Assembly: GCF_006345805.1 (NCBI RefSeq)
Contig: NC_043012.1
Location: 49,662,001-49,726,000 of the forward strand
Source of the DNA: Octopus sinensis
Lineage: Eukaryota
Length of the DNA stretch: 64,000 bases
Direction: 5' to 3'
Shown: piece after piece, positions 52,723 through 64,000 of the stretch
Position numbering within the stretch: position 1 is the stretch's first letter
Layout of the letters: each line of letters opens with the position of its first letter
Program-made: the position numbers and the translations under genes
Notes under the pieces: model-generated
What the model was told of the DNA's origin: nothing
Database searches by the model: none
The model's input: the letters and a program-made list of their open reading frames with translations, nothing else

Positions 52723-54001
52723 CATATATAGAAATACAAACGCACACAGATATTCAGTGGGCAGAAACGATAGATTACGCGTGTGTATGTGTGCCTGTGT
52801 ATGTATATATTCATGTATATAAAAATCTAAACACGCCCACATACACGGATACATAGCGTTTCTATATGTAGATGAAAATTTTCAAATATCGGCTACTTTT
52901 TCATTTATAATTTCCATTTGGCATTTAATTCATACTTTCCGTTTTATTTTCTTACGTAATCAAAAGAAATTTTTCGTCTTCTACTTTTATCCAACTTAAA
53001 TTATTAAAATCGAAAGAAAAAGAATGTATGGACTTGTTAAGGGGTTTTCATCACACATCAAGCCTATTCTGACAGGGATGTAATCATATGCCTTCAAAGT
53101 TCGTATCTTCTGTAGTTTTGAGAGACAGTGTGTCTAGGGCCATACTGTTCAATTTATCATTTTAAAATTTTCACAAGAATCCGCTTCAGTGGGATTTATA
53201 ACACCCGTGCAATACCCATAAGGCATTTTTTATACGCATGAGTGGTACTGACTAGATTTCTTGAACGTGCCAACGTACATGTGGGGCAACCACATTGGGT
53301 CAAGCAAATCATATATAGAGTATATATTAGGAATACTTTAGCATCTCAACACTAATCCCATATTTGAGATCTGCGTAGTCGACCTGCTTGTAGACGAGAA
53401 CACGGCAACTGGAAGTTGAATACGTCCTTTCCAGGTATATAAAGGCTTCAAAGATTGGATTAGCATTTTAAATACATAGCAGTTGACAAGGATAACTATC
53501 AAGAACCGTTAGTGTAACGCTCTCCAACTAAGAAGTACAGAAGAGTCGGTCAATTTTATTGGAGAAAAAGCATAAGAGAATTAGATTAGTTAATTAGTGA
53601 CTTCGAAAAGGCGATAATAATCATTGGATATTTCTCTATGAATAAAGACGAAAATTGTGTTGTCAGAGCTTATGCACATGCTTTAAGTCACGATGAAACG
53701 AAAGATTTTTGATGGGGTTGGACGACTAGGCTAGCGGTGTACAATGTGGAAATAATGTCAGGATTTGGTGTTTGATGGACCATGAAGGACATGCGCTATG
53801 CAATTTCAAGATGAGGTAGGGATGAATGGCGCTTTGCTAAATATTTGGATGTGAGAGGTAGGGATTTTATTGTTATTACTTGATTTTATCATACAGTTTT
53901 ACACGACCAATGTAATTCCATGACTATGGTTCTAACTTTGTCATTTTATATTCCCCGGCATTTCTTTGAGTTTCATTTTGGTAAAATTCAAATTCAGTAT
54001 T

Positions 54002-54190
54002 CTTTTATTCGTTTATTTGTTTCAGTCATTTGACTGCGGCCATGCTGGAGCACCGCTTTTAGTCGAGCAAATCGACCCCAGGACTTATTCTTTGTAAGCC
54101 TAGTACTTATTCTGTCGGTCTCTCTGCCGAACCGCTAAGTTACGGGGACGTTAACACACCAGCATCGGTTGTCAAGCGATATTGGGGGAA

Positions 54191-54261
<71 letters not shown>

Positions 54262-54450
54262 ACATATACGTATATATATACACGCATACAGGACGGGCTT
54301 CTTTCAGTTTCCGTCTACCAAATCCATCCACAAGGCTTTGACCGGCCCGAAGCTATAGTTAAAGAAAACAGCCCAAGGTGCCAGGCAGTGGGAATGAACC
54401 CGGAACCATGTGGTTGGTAAGCAAGCAACTTACCACACAGCCAGCCCTGC
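54002..54450 (-). mobile_element. SINE family B, full length
   Basis: Reverse complement of family B with internal (CA)n. Confidence 0.9.
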
Positions 54451-54857
54451 GTTATTATAATTATTATTTGCAATTGGATCTCTACAACCGTCATTTGCAA
54501 TGAGTACGACATGACAGCACGATATTATGCTTTCTGCAAGTGTCTTATGTACTACCTATTCGCAAACAAGTATAGCCATTTAATAATCTTTTCCACTTTT
54601 AACCTAGTGCAAGATCAGGAATATTTCAAGTGGAAAGAAAGAAAACTGTTGCAGCACTCAGTCGGTGAGCTCCGTTACAGATGAGCAGAGTGGAGCAGCG
54701 GGAATGAGAAACTTTGTTTAACTACACGAAGGTCAGCTACACAAAGGACAACTATACAAAGGTCAACCATCACGTGATCTCACGACCGTGAACCCCAAAC
54801 TCTCAAGACTATGCAACGCAACATTTTAACATAGTGTGCAGTTATTTAAACAATTAT

Positions 54858-55090
54858 AAGGCGGCGAGCTGGCAGAAACGTTAGCACGCCGGGTGAAATG
54901 CTTAGCGGTATTTCGTCTGTCGTTACGTTCTGAGTTCAAATTCCACCGTGGTCGACTTTGCCTTTCATCATTTCAGGGTCGATAAATTAAGTACCAGTTC
55001 CGCACTGGGCTCGATGTAATCGACTTAATCCGTTTGTCTGTCCTTGTTTGTCCCCTCTGTGTTTAGCCCCTTGTGGGTAATAAAGAAACA
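54858..55090 (+). mobile_element. SINE family A monomer with 15-bp TSD
   Basis: TATTTAAACAATTAT at 54843-54857 and 55091-55105. Confidence 0.92.
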
Positions 55091-56231
55091 TATTTAAACA
55101 ATTATCTAATTTTATACAATTACAATTTATTACTTTCTTTAAATAAAACAGTTGTTCAATTCCTTAATTTAACTGCGTAAGGGAGTGTGAACAATATATT
55201 GCAAAAGGCTCGCTCATAGTTTTAAGGATCTATGCCAAGAATGTATGGGACTTGTTCTACATAGGACTGAATCTATTGGCCGTTTAACACTAATATTTTT
55301 CAAATGTACTTCATGAGTTCATATTCAAGAAAATTTAAACCAACTCTCAAATTAGTGAGAGAAGAGGAAAAATAATAAAAAAAAGAAAAAAGAAAAGAAA
55401 ATCAAGAATTATTGATATTATTTTTTTCTTTATATTGTCTAATGAGTTGTCTGTTATCGTTCTCCCCCACCAATGAAGGTAGCTTTTGATATGCTAATGA
55501 TTGAGTGAAAAAATCTATAATTTCCATATTCCATTTAATTAACAACTCAAAGGGAGCGGCTTTAGACTAAAAAGAACATAATTTAGCTGAATATTAAAAA
55601 ATTATTTTCCACTCGATAAATCTTTTGCTCAGTAGTTGCAAAAGTAGTAGAAGTGGTAATAGCAGTTATAGTAGTGGTGGGTCAGAAGTGGTTGTAGTAG
55701 ATTCCCACCCGCTTCTCCCTCTTGCTCTCTTACGGGTGTAAATTGTGTGTGATGTTTCAAAGAAAATAAGTGTCAACGATAAGTGTGGTATATGTGCTGT
55801 TGTATCTATATACCATTTCTTGATGTAATTGTTTATTTGAAAAAATTAAATGAAAATACAACACTTACATACACACTGATATGAATACATACATACACAC
55901 CCATACTTACATACACACCCATACTTACATTCACACTCACACACACATATATACCGATACTCACACGTAAACACACACATGTATACATAGAGAATTTTTG
56001 TAGTCAGATGATAGATTTGGATTGGCAAAATCGTTAAAGGCATCGGACGAAATGCATTGTAGAATTTAATTATAATCCTTTGTGTTATGGGTTCAATTTC
56101 CGTTACATTCATCTTTGTTATTCTTTATTCTGGTATCAAGAAACTAAAGCATCGATCAAGCGTTTGGATCGGCATCAAAATGTATTTTCCTCCCCTCCCC
56201 ATCAAGACATAATACCTGGACTAATACCTAT

Positions 56232-56463
56232 TTCTTTATTACCCACAGGGGGCTAAACATAGAGGGGACAAACAAGGACAGACATAGGTATTAAGTCGAT
56301 TACTACGACCCCAGTGCGTAACTGGTACTTATTTAATCGACCCTGAAAGGATGAAAGGCAAAGTCGACCTCGGCGGAATTTCAACTCACAACATAACTGC
56401 AGACGAAATACTGCTAAGCATTTCGCCCGGCGCGCTAACGTTTCTGCCAGCTCGCCGCCTTAT
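56232..56463 (-). mobile_element. SINE family A monomer with 16-bp flanking direct repeat
   Basis: CTGGACTAATACCTAT at 56216-56231 and 56464-56479. Confidence 0.92.
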
Positions 56464-57088
56464 CTGGACTAATACCTATAAATGAAATTATTATTTTGTT
56501 TTTGGTCTGCAAGTAGTACAGTAGTTGTTGCTGAATGGCTATATAAGTATTCCGATAGGGAAAACAGTGACTGGTACGAAATCCAAGACAGCCTTAACAC
56601 AAGTAGGAGGACGTAAATTGGGAAAACAAATCGTCAAATGAGAGATATTGAACGTAAAACAGAAGGTATGTGCAAGGAAGTTGGGTTGAATGACGTGGAT
56701 TGAAGACAGCCAGCAGCTTGCTATCTTCTCTTAGAAGAAATATTTTCGGTTGTAGTAAAAAAGACCCAGAGGATACACACAGCAAATCTACAGTCTTAAA
56801 CATAATTGTCAATTAATTTCGTGACTCATAGACTATAAATTGCATACCATGAATCGTTTGGAGGTAGGTGTTACAAATATGTGAGAAGTAATTTTCTCGG
56901 AAGCATAGTGTCATCAACGGATCTTTGATGAACATTTTCTGTATCACGAGAGATAGTTATATATTTTCAGGATTTAGTGTGTTCTGTGGTTTATATACAT
57001 TTAAAGGAAAGTAGAAGAAACATGACAGCGGTGCACTTATCTCCACATGAAACAAACAACAAATCAGTGTTATATCTCTCTGTCCTTG

Positions 57089-57133
<45 letters not shown>

Positions 57134-57453
57134 ACACACACACACACACACATACACACGCACACACAGTCATACACACTCAGACACATGCACTTAGACA
57201 CACGCACACTCAGGTGTACAAAATCCAGGTTTATGGTTTTACTGTTCTGAAACCTGGACTTTCAATACGTACAGAATTTTGATATTACACTTGATACCGA
57301 TAAGGAAGATACACTGAAACTCGGGTTGAGGGTTGCATCGGAAAACACTATATTTCTACTCTCTTAGGACCTTATATATATACACACAATGGGATTCTTT
57401 CAGTTGCCGTCCACCAAATCCAGTCACAAGGCTTTAGTCGGCCACGCCTGCGC

Positions 57454-57487
<34 letters not shown>

Positions 57488-57835
57488 CTTAGTCTTAAGT
57501 CCTCCTGCGCTGTGTGACGCATTCGGCGCCAAGGGTTCTCCAACGTGGTAGGTTGGGCGCGGCGATTTCAACTTCATTCCATGAAACGTCAATGTCTTTC
57601 AGGTCATCGATGAAGGTGCGGTGCCAAGTCATTTTTGGTCGCTCTTGTTTTCTCTTGCCATGCGGTGGCTTCCACAGAATGGCGGTTTTCCCATGGTGTG
57701 ACTATGGGAATTTGAAGGGCATGGCCTGCGAATCGCAACTGTGTTCAGTGACAACGTCATGGAGTGGATGGGTATCAGTTCGGTGATGTATCTCGTCATT
57801 CGTGATGTTGTTGCAGTATCCGCCGGTGGCATTGT
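57488..57835 (-). mobile_element. RTE-clade LINE 3' fragment
   Basis: Minus strand: [10 protein letters not shown]...KTAILWKPPHGKRKQERPKMTWHRTFIDDL...WRTL...RRT*, typical of the RTE ORF C-terminus (GxRxxGRP, W...WR), with a TAAG-type tail. Confidence 0.85.
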
Positions 57836-57840
57836 AGCTG

Positions 57841-57903
<63 letters not shown>

Positions 57904-58142
57904 GAATGTACATGTATACATGTAGGAATATGCGTGTATGCATATATGTATATGTATGTAGATATGGATATATAGATATGAAAACATATACTCATATATA
58001 TGTATATAATTACACACACACACAGGCATATATATATATAGTTAATCCAAACAAGAAAGCACAAAAAAGAAAGCACAAAACGCGAGGATGTGGAACAAGT
58101 ATAGTTTTATTGGACGCTCAGGAAAGGAAAGAAAGAAAGAGG

Positions 58143-58177
58143 ATTTAACGTTTCGAACGGAGCTCTTTGTCAGAAAC
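58143..58177 (-). ncRNA. Minimal hammerhead-like motif (G8>A) in a short element at 58041-58225
   Basis: GUUU-CUGACAA-A-GAGC-UCC-GUUC-GAAA-CGUU-AAAU. Confidence 0.55.
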
Positions 58178-58724
58178 ACAGGAAAAGGAAAGGTCCAAGG
58201 AAGAGAAGACGGAGGAAAAACATTGTGTCTGTATTTGTGTGTTTGTTTATGTGAGTCCGTAAGTGTGAATGCGAAATTTCCGATTTAGGACGACAGAAAG
58301 TATCATGAAATAATACTAACTGCTATATAGAGAAGATCAAGGAAGTACGCAGAACCTCAATGTAAACCTGGTTGTTGTTTATCCGTAAATCTACCTTGGT
58401 TAAAGAGGCCCTTTCTGAGTGGCATTCCAGATATGACCAACCTCTTCTTGTTCATCAGGAAGAACACTTGGCAGTATTTTCTGATACATTATTTCGCCGA
58501 GGTCGACTTTAACCTTTCTTGCTTTCGAGGTCGGTAAAACAAGTACTAGCTGAAAATATAGGGATTAATGTAATCGAATTCCCCCACCCCTCTGAAATTC
58601 CTGGCCTCGTGTCAAAATTTCAAACCAATATTTCCTTACATATTTGCCTGCTATGTTCAGCTGATAAAGCGAATATGTAGAAGCTCAGATGTTGAACAAC
58701 GAAACAAACATACTGATTTCAATT

Positions 58725-58931
58725 TTCGGCACAAGGCAAGAAATTTCGGGGAGGGGGTATGTCGATTGTTTGGACCCTCAGTCCTCAACTGGTATTTTTT
58801 TTTTATCGACAATGAAAAGGATGAACGGCTAAGTCAACCTCGGCGGAATTTGAACTCAAATCCTGAAGACAGGCGAAATGCCGTTAAGCATTTTGTCCGG
58901 CGTGCTAGCGATTCTGCCAGCTTTCCGCCTT
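58725..58931 (-). mobile_element. Old SINE family A-related copy
   Basis: Degenerate head and central domain. Confidence 0.7.
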
Positions 58932-60091
58932 ATGACACACTTAGATATTGGTATCACTAATTCACGGATGAAATACTGCGAAGCAGATATAGTGCAGGCC
59001 AGACCAGACTATCATCTCATCTGCTAGAAAACAACATCATTTCTCTATTTTCTCTCCATGTGAAACATATTCTATTTCATTATTTCAGGCGAGTGGGCAG
59101 TGTACGATGTATGGTGAGGCTTACGTTGTGGCTTATTTCGACAGGGTGTAATAGGTAGAGAGAAGAAGACCTGGTTTAAATTACATGCATAAATATACAT
59201 GCACGAGCTTCATTATGATAATGATCTCCGATTTAGGCGCATGACCAAGAACTTCAGAGAATGCCCCCGCCCCCACGAAACGAATGAACACCATAGCTTA
59301 GCTTAGTTGGATTTGAAAAAATATTGCAAAAAATGTTTGCCCTACAATAATGAATCAGCTAGACCGCCTTAATATTTTACATGTTGGGGTTTATTCAGTC
59401 AATAAACCCCAACAGCTGTTGTCTGTAGAGGCAATAGCGGATGACCTGTGGACTTCAGAATTCATTGAAGAGCGTCATGCCTTAAATGAGATCAAAAGAA
59501 TGTATTACCCATCCTTGAATCTGCTGAATGAATCGCAAAATCAGTTCAACATCAACACACACATACATCTCCATTCTCACATAACTGCCATTCTGTCCTT
59601 CCTCTCTTTCCATCACCTTCCATTCTTCCACAGCAAATACACACAGAAATACTTACATATTCTTTATACTGGTCAAAAAGGATACTTGTACTTGTGTTGT
59701 ACGTCCATTAATGTTATATCGCCTGAAGAAATAAATCCACGAAGAAGATCAACCCGTTGCCCACGGATACTACGGACTACATTGTATTCATCCCAGGAAT
59801 ATGGACTGTGACTTTAAGAGGGATGAAATTTGTGGAAATGCGCGTGGCGATGTATTAAATGTTCATAAAAGCCATCCAAGGATTATTGTTATAATTATTA
59901 TATTTATCCTACGCATTATATCGGAACAACGCGATGCAACTAAAAAAAAAAGCAAAAACAAAAAAAAAACTGGTTCACCATTCAGTATCATTATGTGGCC
60001 TGCATAATAGAATAGGAGCTGTATGTGCTTATTCAAAACGTTTCCCATAAAAAATTTAATGTATATATATTATATATATATATATACACAC

Positions 60092-60140
<49 letters not shown>

Positions 60141-60360
60141 TCAATTAGGGTGGCATGAAAAATTTTGTAGAAATTTATTGCCACCAGCGGCCCAGTGGGA
60201 AAAAATTAAATAGTCATAGACCATTTTTAAGTTCAACAATTAACAATTAAGGAACGCCATAATAGGCCATTCACCCACTAGAAATAACAGCCAAAGCTTC
60301 TACCGCAAATAAAGATCAATTCCGTTAACAGGAGAAAATTAAAAAAACATTTACCCTGTA

Positions 60361-60466
60361 ATTTCTTGTACGGTATACCGTTTCATTCGCTGTTTAATGG
60401 TAAACTAACCTGATTAAATTAAATCAAGCCAATCTCCATAAGCCCTCGAATTCTTCAGCAAGAAAT
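60361..60466 (-). ncRNA. Type I hammerhead ribozyme, array unit 1
   Basis: AUUUCUUG-CUGAAGA-AUUCG...CGAAU-GAA-ACGG-UAUA-CCGU-A-CAAGAAAU; all core nucleotides canonical. Confidence 0.85.
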
Positions 60467-60837
60467 AGCTCAAGTCGGAACAGATATTTACACGAGGCAT
60501 CTCGAACCTTGCCAAGGCAATATCTGACCTAAAATTTTCAATCGCGCACTCGCGCCAAATTTATCGGCAGCAAATAAATTCAGCCGTCGATTCCATTACG
60601 GAACTACCAAAAAATCATAATTAATCAATATAGGGTGGCATGGAAAATTTTGTAGAAATTTATTGCCACCAGCCCAGTGGGAAAAAATTAAATAGTCATA
60701 GACCATTTTTAAGTTCAACAATTAACAATTAAGGAACGGCCATAATAGGCCTTCACCCACTAAATAACAGCCAAAGCTTCTACGCAAATAAGATCAATTC
60801 CGTTAACAGAGAAAATTAAAAAAACATTTACCCTGTA

Positions 60838-60943
60838 ATTCTTGTACGGTATACCGTTTCATTCGCTGTTTAATGGTAAACTAACCTGATTAAATTAAAT
60901 CAAGCCAATCTTCCATAAGCCCTCGAATTCTTCAGCAAGAAAT
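60838..60943 (-). ncRNA. Type I hammerhead ribozyme, array unit 2
   Basis: Same as unit 1; stem I 3' arm lacks one A (6-bp pairing). Confidence 0.85.
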
Positions 60944-61322
60944 AGCTCAAGTCGGAACAGATATTTACACGAGGCATCTCGAACCTTGCCAAGGCAATAT
61001 CTGACCTAAAATTTTCAATCGTCGCACTCGCGCCAAATTTATCGGCAGCAATAAATATCACCGTCGATTCCATTACGGAATTAACCAAAAAATTCATAAT
61101 TAATCAATATAGGGTGGCATGGAAAATTTTGTAGAAATTTATTGCCACCAGCGGCCAGTGGGAAAAAATTAATAGTCATAGACCATTTTTAAGTTCAACA
61201 ATTAACATTAAGGAACGGCCATAATAGGCCATTCACCCACTAGAAATAACAGCCAAAGCTTCTACCGCAAATAAAGATCAATTCCGTTAACAGGAGAAAA
61301 TTAAAAAAACATTTACCCTGTA

Positions 61323-61429
61323 ATTTCTTGTACGGTATACCGTTTCATTCGCTGTTTAATGGTAAACTAACCTGATTAAATTAAATCAAGCCAATCTTCC
61401 ATAAGCCCTCGAATTCTTCAGCAAGAAAT
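61323..61429 (-). ncRNA. Type I hammerhead ribozyme, array unit 3 (107 nt, no indels in the motif)
   Basis: Stem I 8 bp perfect; CUGAAGA 61421-61415; stem II 5 bp, 7x7 internal loop, then a 19-bp hairpin; GAAA 61346-61343; predicted cleavage 3' of A at 61331. Confidence 0.88.
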
Positions 61430-61803
61430 AGCTCAGTCGGAACAGATATTTACACGAGGCATCTCGAACCTTGCCAAGGCAATATCTGACCTAAAATTTT
61501 CAAATCGTCGCACTCGCGCCAAATTATCGGCAGCAAATAAATATCAGCCGTCGATTCCATTACGGAATTAACCAAAATTCATAATTAATCAATATAGGGT
61601 GGCATGGAAATTTGTAGAAATTTATTGCCACCAGCGGCCCAGTGGGAAAAAATTAAATAGTCATAGACCATTTTTAAGTTCAACAATTAACAATTAGGAA
61701 CGGCCATAATAGGCCATTCACCCCTAGAAATAACAGCCAAAGCTTCTACCGCATAAAGATCATTCCGTTAACAGGAGAAAATTAAAAAAACATTTACCCT
61801 GTA

Positions 61804-61909
61804 ATTTCTTGTACGGTATACCGTTTCATTCGCTGTTTAATGGTAACTAACCTGATTAAATTAAATCAAGCCAATCTTCCATAAGCCCTCGAATTCTTCA
61901 GCAAGAAAT
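61804..61909 (-). ncRNA. Type I hammerhead ribozyme, array unit 4
   Basis: Same core and stems; 1-nt deletion in distal stem II. Confidence 0.85.
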
Positions 61910-62283
61910 AGCTCAAGTCGGAACAGATATTTACACGAGGCATCTCGAACCTTGCCAAGGCAATATCTGACCTAAAATTTTCAAATCGTCGCACTCGCGC
62001 CAAATTTATCGGCAGCAAATAAATATCAGCCGTCGATTCCATTACGGAATTAACCAAAAAATTCATAATTAATCAATTAGTTTACCATTAAACAGCGAAT
62101 GAAACGGTATACCGTACAAGAAATTACAGGGTAAATGTTTTTTTTAATTTCTCCTGTTAACGGAATTGATCTTTATTTGCGGTAGAGCTTTGGCTGTTAT
62201 TTCTAGTGGGTGAATGGCCTATTATGGCCGTTCCTTAATTGTTAATATATATATATATTATATATATATATAATATATATATA

Positions 62284-62316
<33 letters not shown>

Positions 62317-62378
62317 GATATCTATATATATATATATAATATATTATATATATTATATTATATATATATATATATATT

Positions 62379-62615
62379 GGGGGCTCGTGGCTTAGTGTTA
62401 GAGTGTCAGCACCATGATCGTAAGATGGTGGTTTCTATTTCGGACCGGGCGACGCGTTGTGTTCTTGAGCAAAATACTTCATTTCACGTTGCTCCAGTCC
62501 ACTCAGCTGGCAAAAATGAGTAACACCACTGCGTTGGTCCAGCTGGGGAACACATACGCCATTGAAACCGGGAGACCGGGTCCATGAGACTGGTTAGGCT
62601 TTAAAAAGGGCGCAT
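62379..62615 (+). mobile_element. SINE with family C-type head and centre and a second tail type
   Basis: GGGGGCTCGTGGCTTAGTG...GTTGTGTTCTTGAGCAAAATAC...CACTCAGCTGGCAAAAATGAG, tail ...AAAAGGGCGCAT. Confidence 0.8.
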
Positions 62616-62616
62616 T

Positions 62617-62684
<68 letters not shown>

Positions 62685-62752
62685 GTATATATAATATATA
62701 ATAAATATATATATTATATATAAATAAATAAATAAATTAAATAAATATATAA

Positions 62753-62783
<31 letters not shown>

Positions 62784-62790
62784 TATATAT

Positions 62791-63089
62791 CACCTGACCG
62801 ACCAGGTTATCAGATGTTGTTACAGATCGCTGGTCCCATGCGCTTCGCGTTGTTTTAGCCTCAAATGACGCCACTCCGCTGGCTAAGTGAGCAGGCCAAC
62901 ATAAGAAAAAGTGAGAGAAATTTGTGGCGAAAGGGTACAGCAGGGATCACCATTACCCCCTGCCGGAGCCTCGTTGAGCTTTAGGTGTTTTCGCTCAATA
63001 AACACTCACAACACCCGGTCTGAGAATGGGCACAGCGATCCTACGACTGCGAGTTCGCTGCCCTAACCACTGGGCCATTGCGCCTCCAC
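62791..63089 (-). mobile_element. SINE family E (tRNA-derived head)
   Basis: Minus strand GTGGAGGCGCAATGGCCCAGTGGTTAGGGCAGCG... with A box; B box decayed. Confidence 0.8.
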
Positions 63090-63771
63090 ACACACACATA
63101 TATATATATGTATGCTCATGTACATGTGTGTGCGCGTTTATGCAAGCATATATGTATGTATTCCTGTATGTATGATGTATGTATGTATGTATGTATGTAT
63201 GTGTGCGTGCGTGCGTGTGCGCGCGTGCATGTGTGCGTGTGTGTGTCTGTGTATATACGTGTACGTTTGTAAGACACGCACATATATATGAATATATGTG
63301 CCGAAAATATATTTCAAAATTATGTTTAATAGCATTCTGAGTTTCGTAGGATTTAGAAGTGTAATATGTTGTAGATGAAGCAAATATCTGCATAAGTAGA
63401 AAATATCACTGTTAAATCGCTACTTATGGAAACATTTAAATTCTCATTTATAAACGGTGTACACAATAAAGAGATACACAGAAGAATATATATTGGAACA
63501 CGAGTCAATAAAACAATTTCCAGCAGACTAATGGATCCACCCATAGACTAATACAGAAAGGAAATCTGTGAAAAAGAAAAAAAATATATGCACCCAACAA
63601 ACTATTCGAATTAACGAGTCAGACATATGTGCATTACGCAAAAGAAATCCATAGAATGTTTTGAATGCATTCACACAATGAAAACCTTCGTATCGCGAGG
63701 ACAAAGTGTGTTGCATTAGAGCATACACTATGATAGGTAGAATACCAAAATAATTAAACTTAAGATTAATG

Positions 63772-63966
63772 CAGTTCTATATTTTAGAGATGAGGAATTA
63801 TGTACATTATTTACATTATTTATATTATTTACATTCGACGGATATTTGCCCTCATCTTGTTTGTAGTTAACACAACGTTTCGGCTGATATACCCTTCTGC
63901 CTTGTTCAGGTGTCTTGGGGAAATTTCGAACCTGGGTTCTCATTCCTAAGGTATTTTTCGATGTTG
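63772..63966 (-). mobile_element. Family H element (head, if present, lies beyond the window end)
   Basis: Homologous to 51826-52004; runs into (TTA)n to the window end. Confidence 0.85.
63869..63914 (-). ncRNA. Minimal hammerhead, degenerate (G8>C, stem II mismatch)
   Basis: GACAC-CUGAACA-A-GGCAG-AAGGGUAUAU-CAGCC-GAAA-CGUU-GUGUU. Confidence 0.55.
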
Positions 63967-64000
63967 TTATTATTATTTTTATTATTATTATTATTATTAT

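Larger units (their letters stand above)
60133..62246 (-). mobile_element. Retrozyme/Penelope-like array: four ~484-bp tandem units plus a 167-bp inverted 5' segment, inserted in (AT)n
   Basis: Unit starts (ATAATTAATC) at 60133, 60617, 61096, 61581 and 62065; 62080-62246 is the reverse complement of part of the unit. Confidence 0.9.

Noticed and set aside
59350-59811. 153-aa plus-strand ORF
   Set aside because: No recognisable motif, drifts into low-complexity H/T-rich text and contains a perfect DNA hairpin; not supportable without homology or expression data.
60133-62064. Single-base differences between the four tandem units as real divergence
   Set aside because: Nearly all are 1-nt indels, many in homopolymer or doubled-base runs, typical of unpolished long-read consensus; the units may be identical and the copy number uncertain.
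61866-62066. 65-66-aa ORF in the tandem unit (also 60900-61097)
   Set aside because: The frame is broken by a stop and a frameshift in the 8-kb homolog, no RT or GIY-YIG motif is visible, and it overlaps the ribozyme; conservation is better explained by RNA structure.

Overview
AT-rich, microsatellite-saturated eukaryotic DNA with no confidently identifiable host protein-coding gene. The SINE families look like those I recognise from octopus genomes, so the source is probably an Octopus species (inference, no search run). The window reads as intronic or intergenic sequence packed with several tRNA-derived SINE families (labelled A, B, C, E here), an (AAT)n-embedded repeat (D), and decayed fragments of CR1, L1/Tx1, RTE and Tc1 elements. 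Almost all ORFs in the supplied track are translations of simple repeats. The main result is a set of hammerhead-ribozyme (HHR)-bearing short elements with Penelope/retrozyme-like architecture. (1) At 60133-62246 there is a 4x ~484-bp tandem array in which every unit carries, on the minus strand, a complete type I HHR with an intact core and an unusually long (~68-nt) stem II. A diverged homolog at 7879-8619 shows compensatory changes in stems I, II and III and the same insertion geometry. (2) A tRNA-headed ~280-bp element carries a minimal HHR (four copies), including a head-to-head pair inside a 17-bp direct repeat. (3) Two further minimal HHR-like motifs belong to other families. Ribozyme activity, expression and novelty are untested. 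Single-base indels between tandem units suggest residual long-read errors, so copy numbers and single-nucleotide defects need read-level confirmation.
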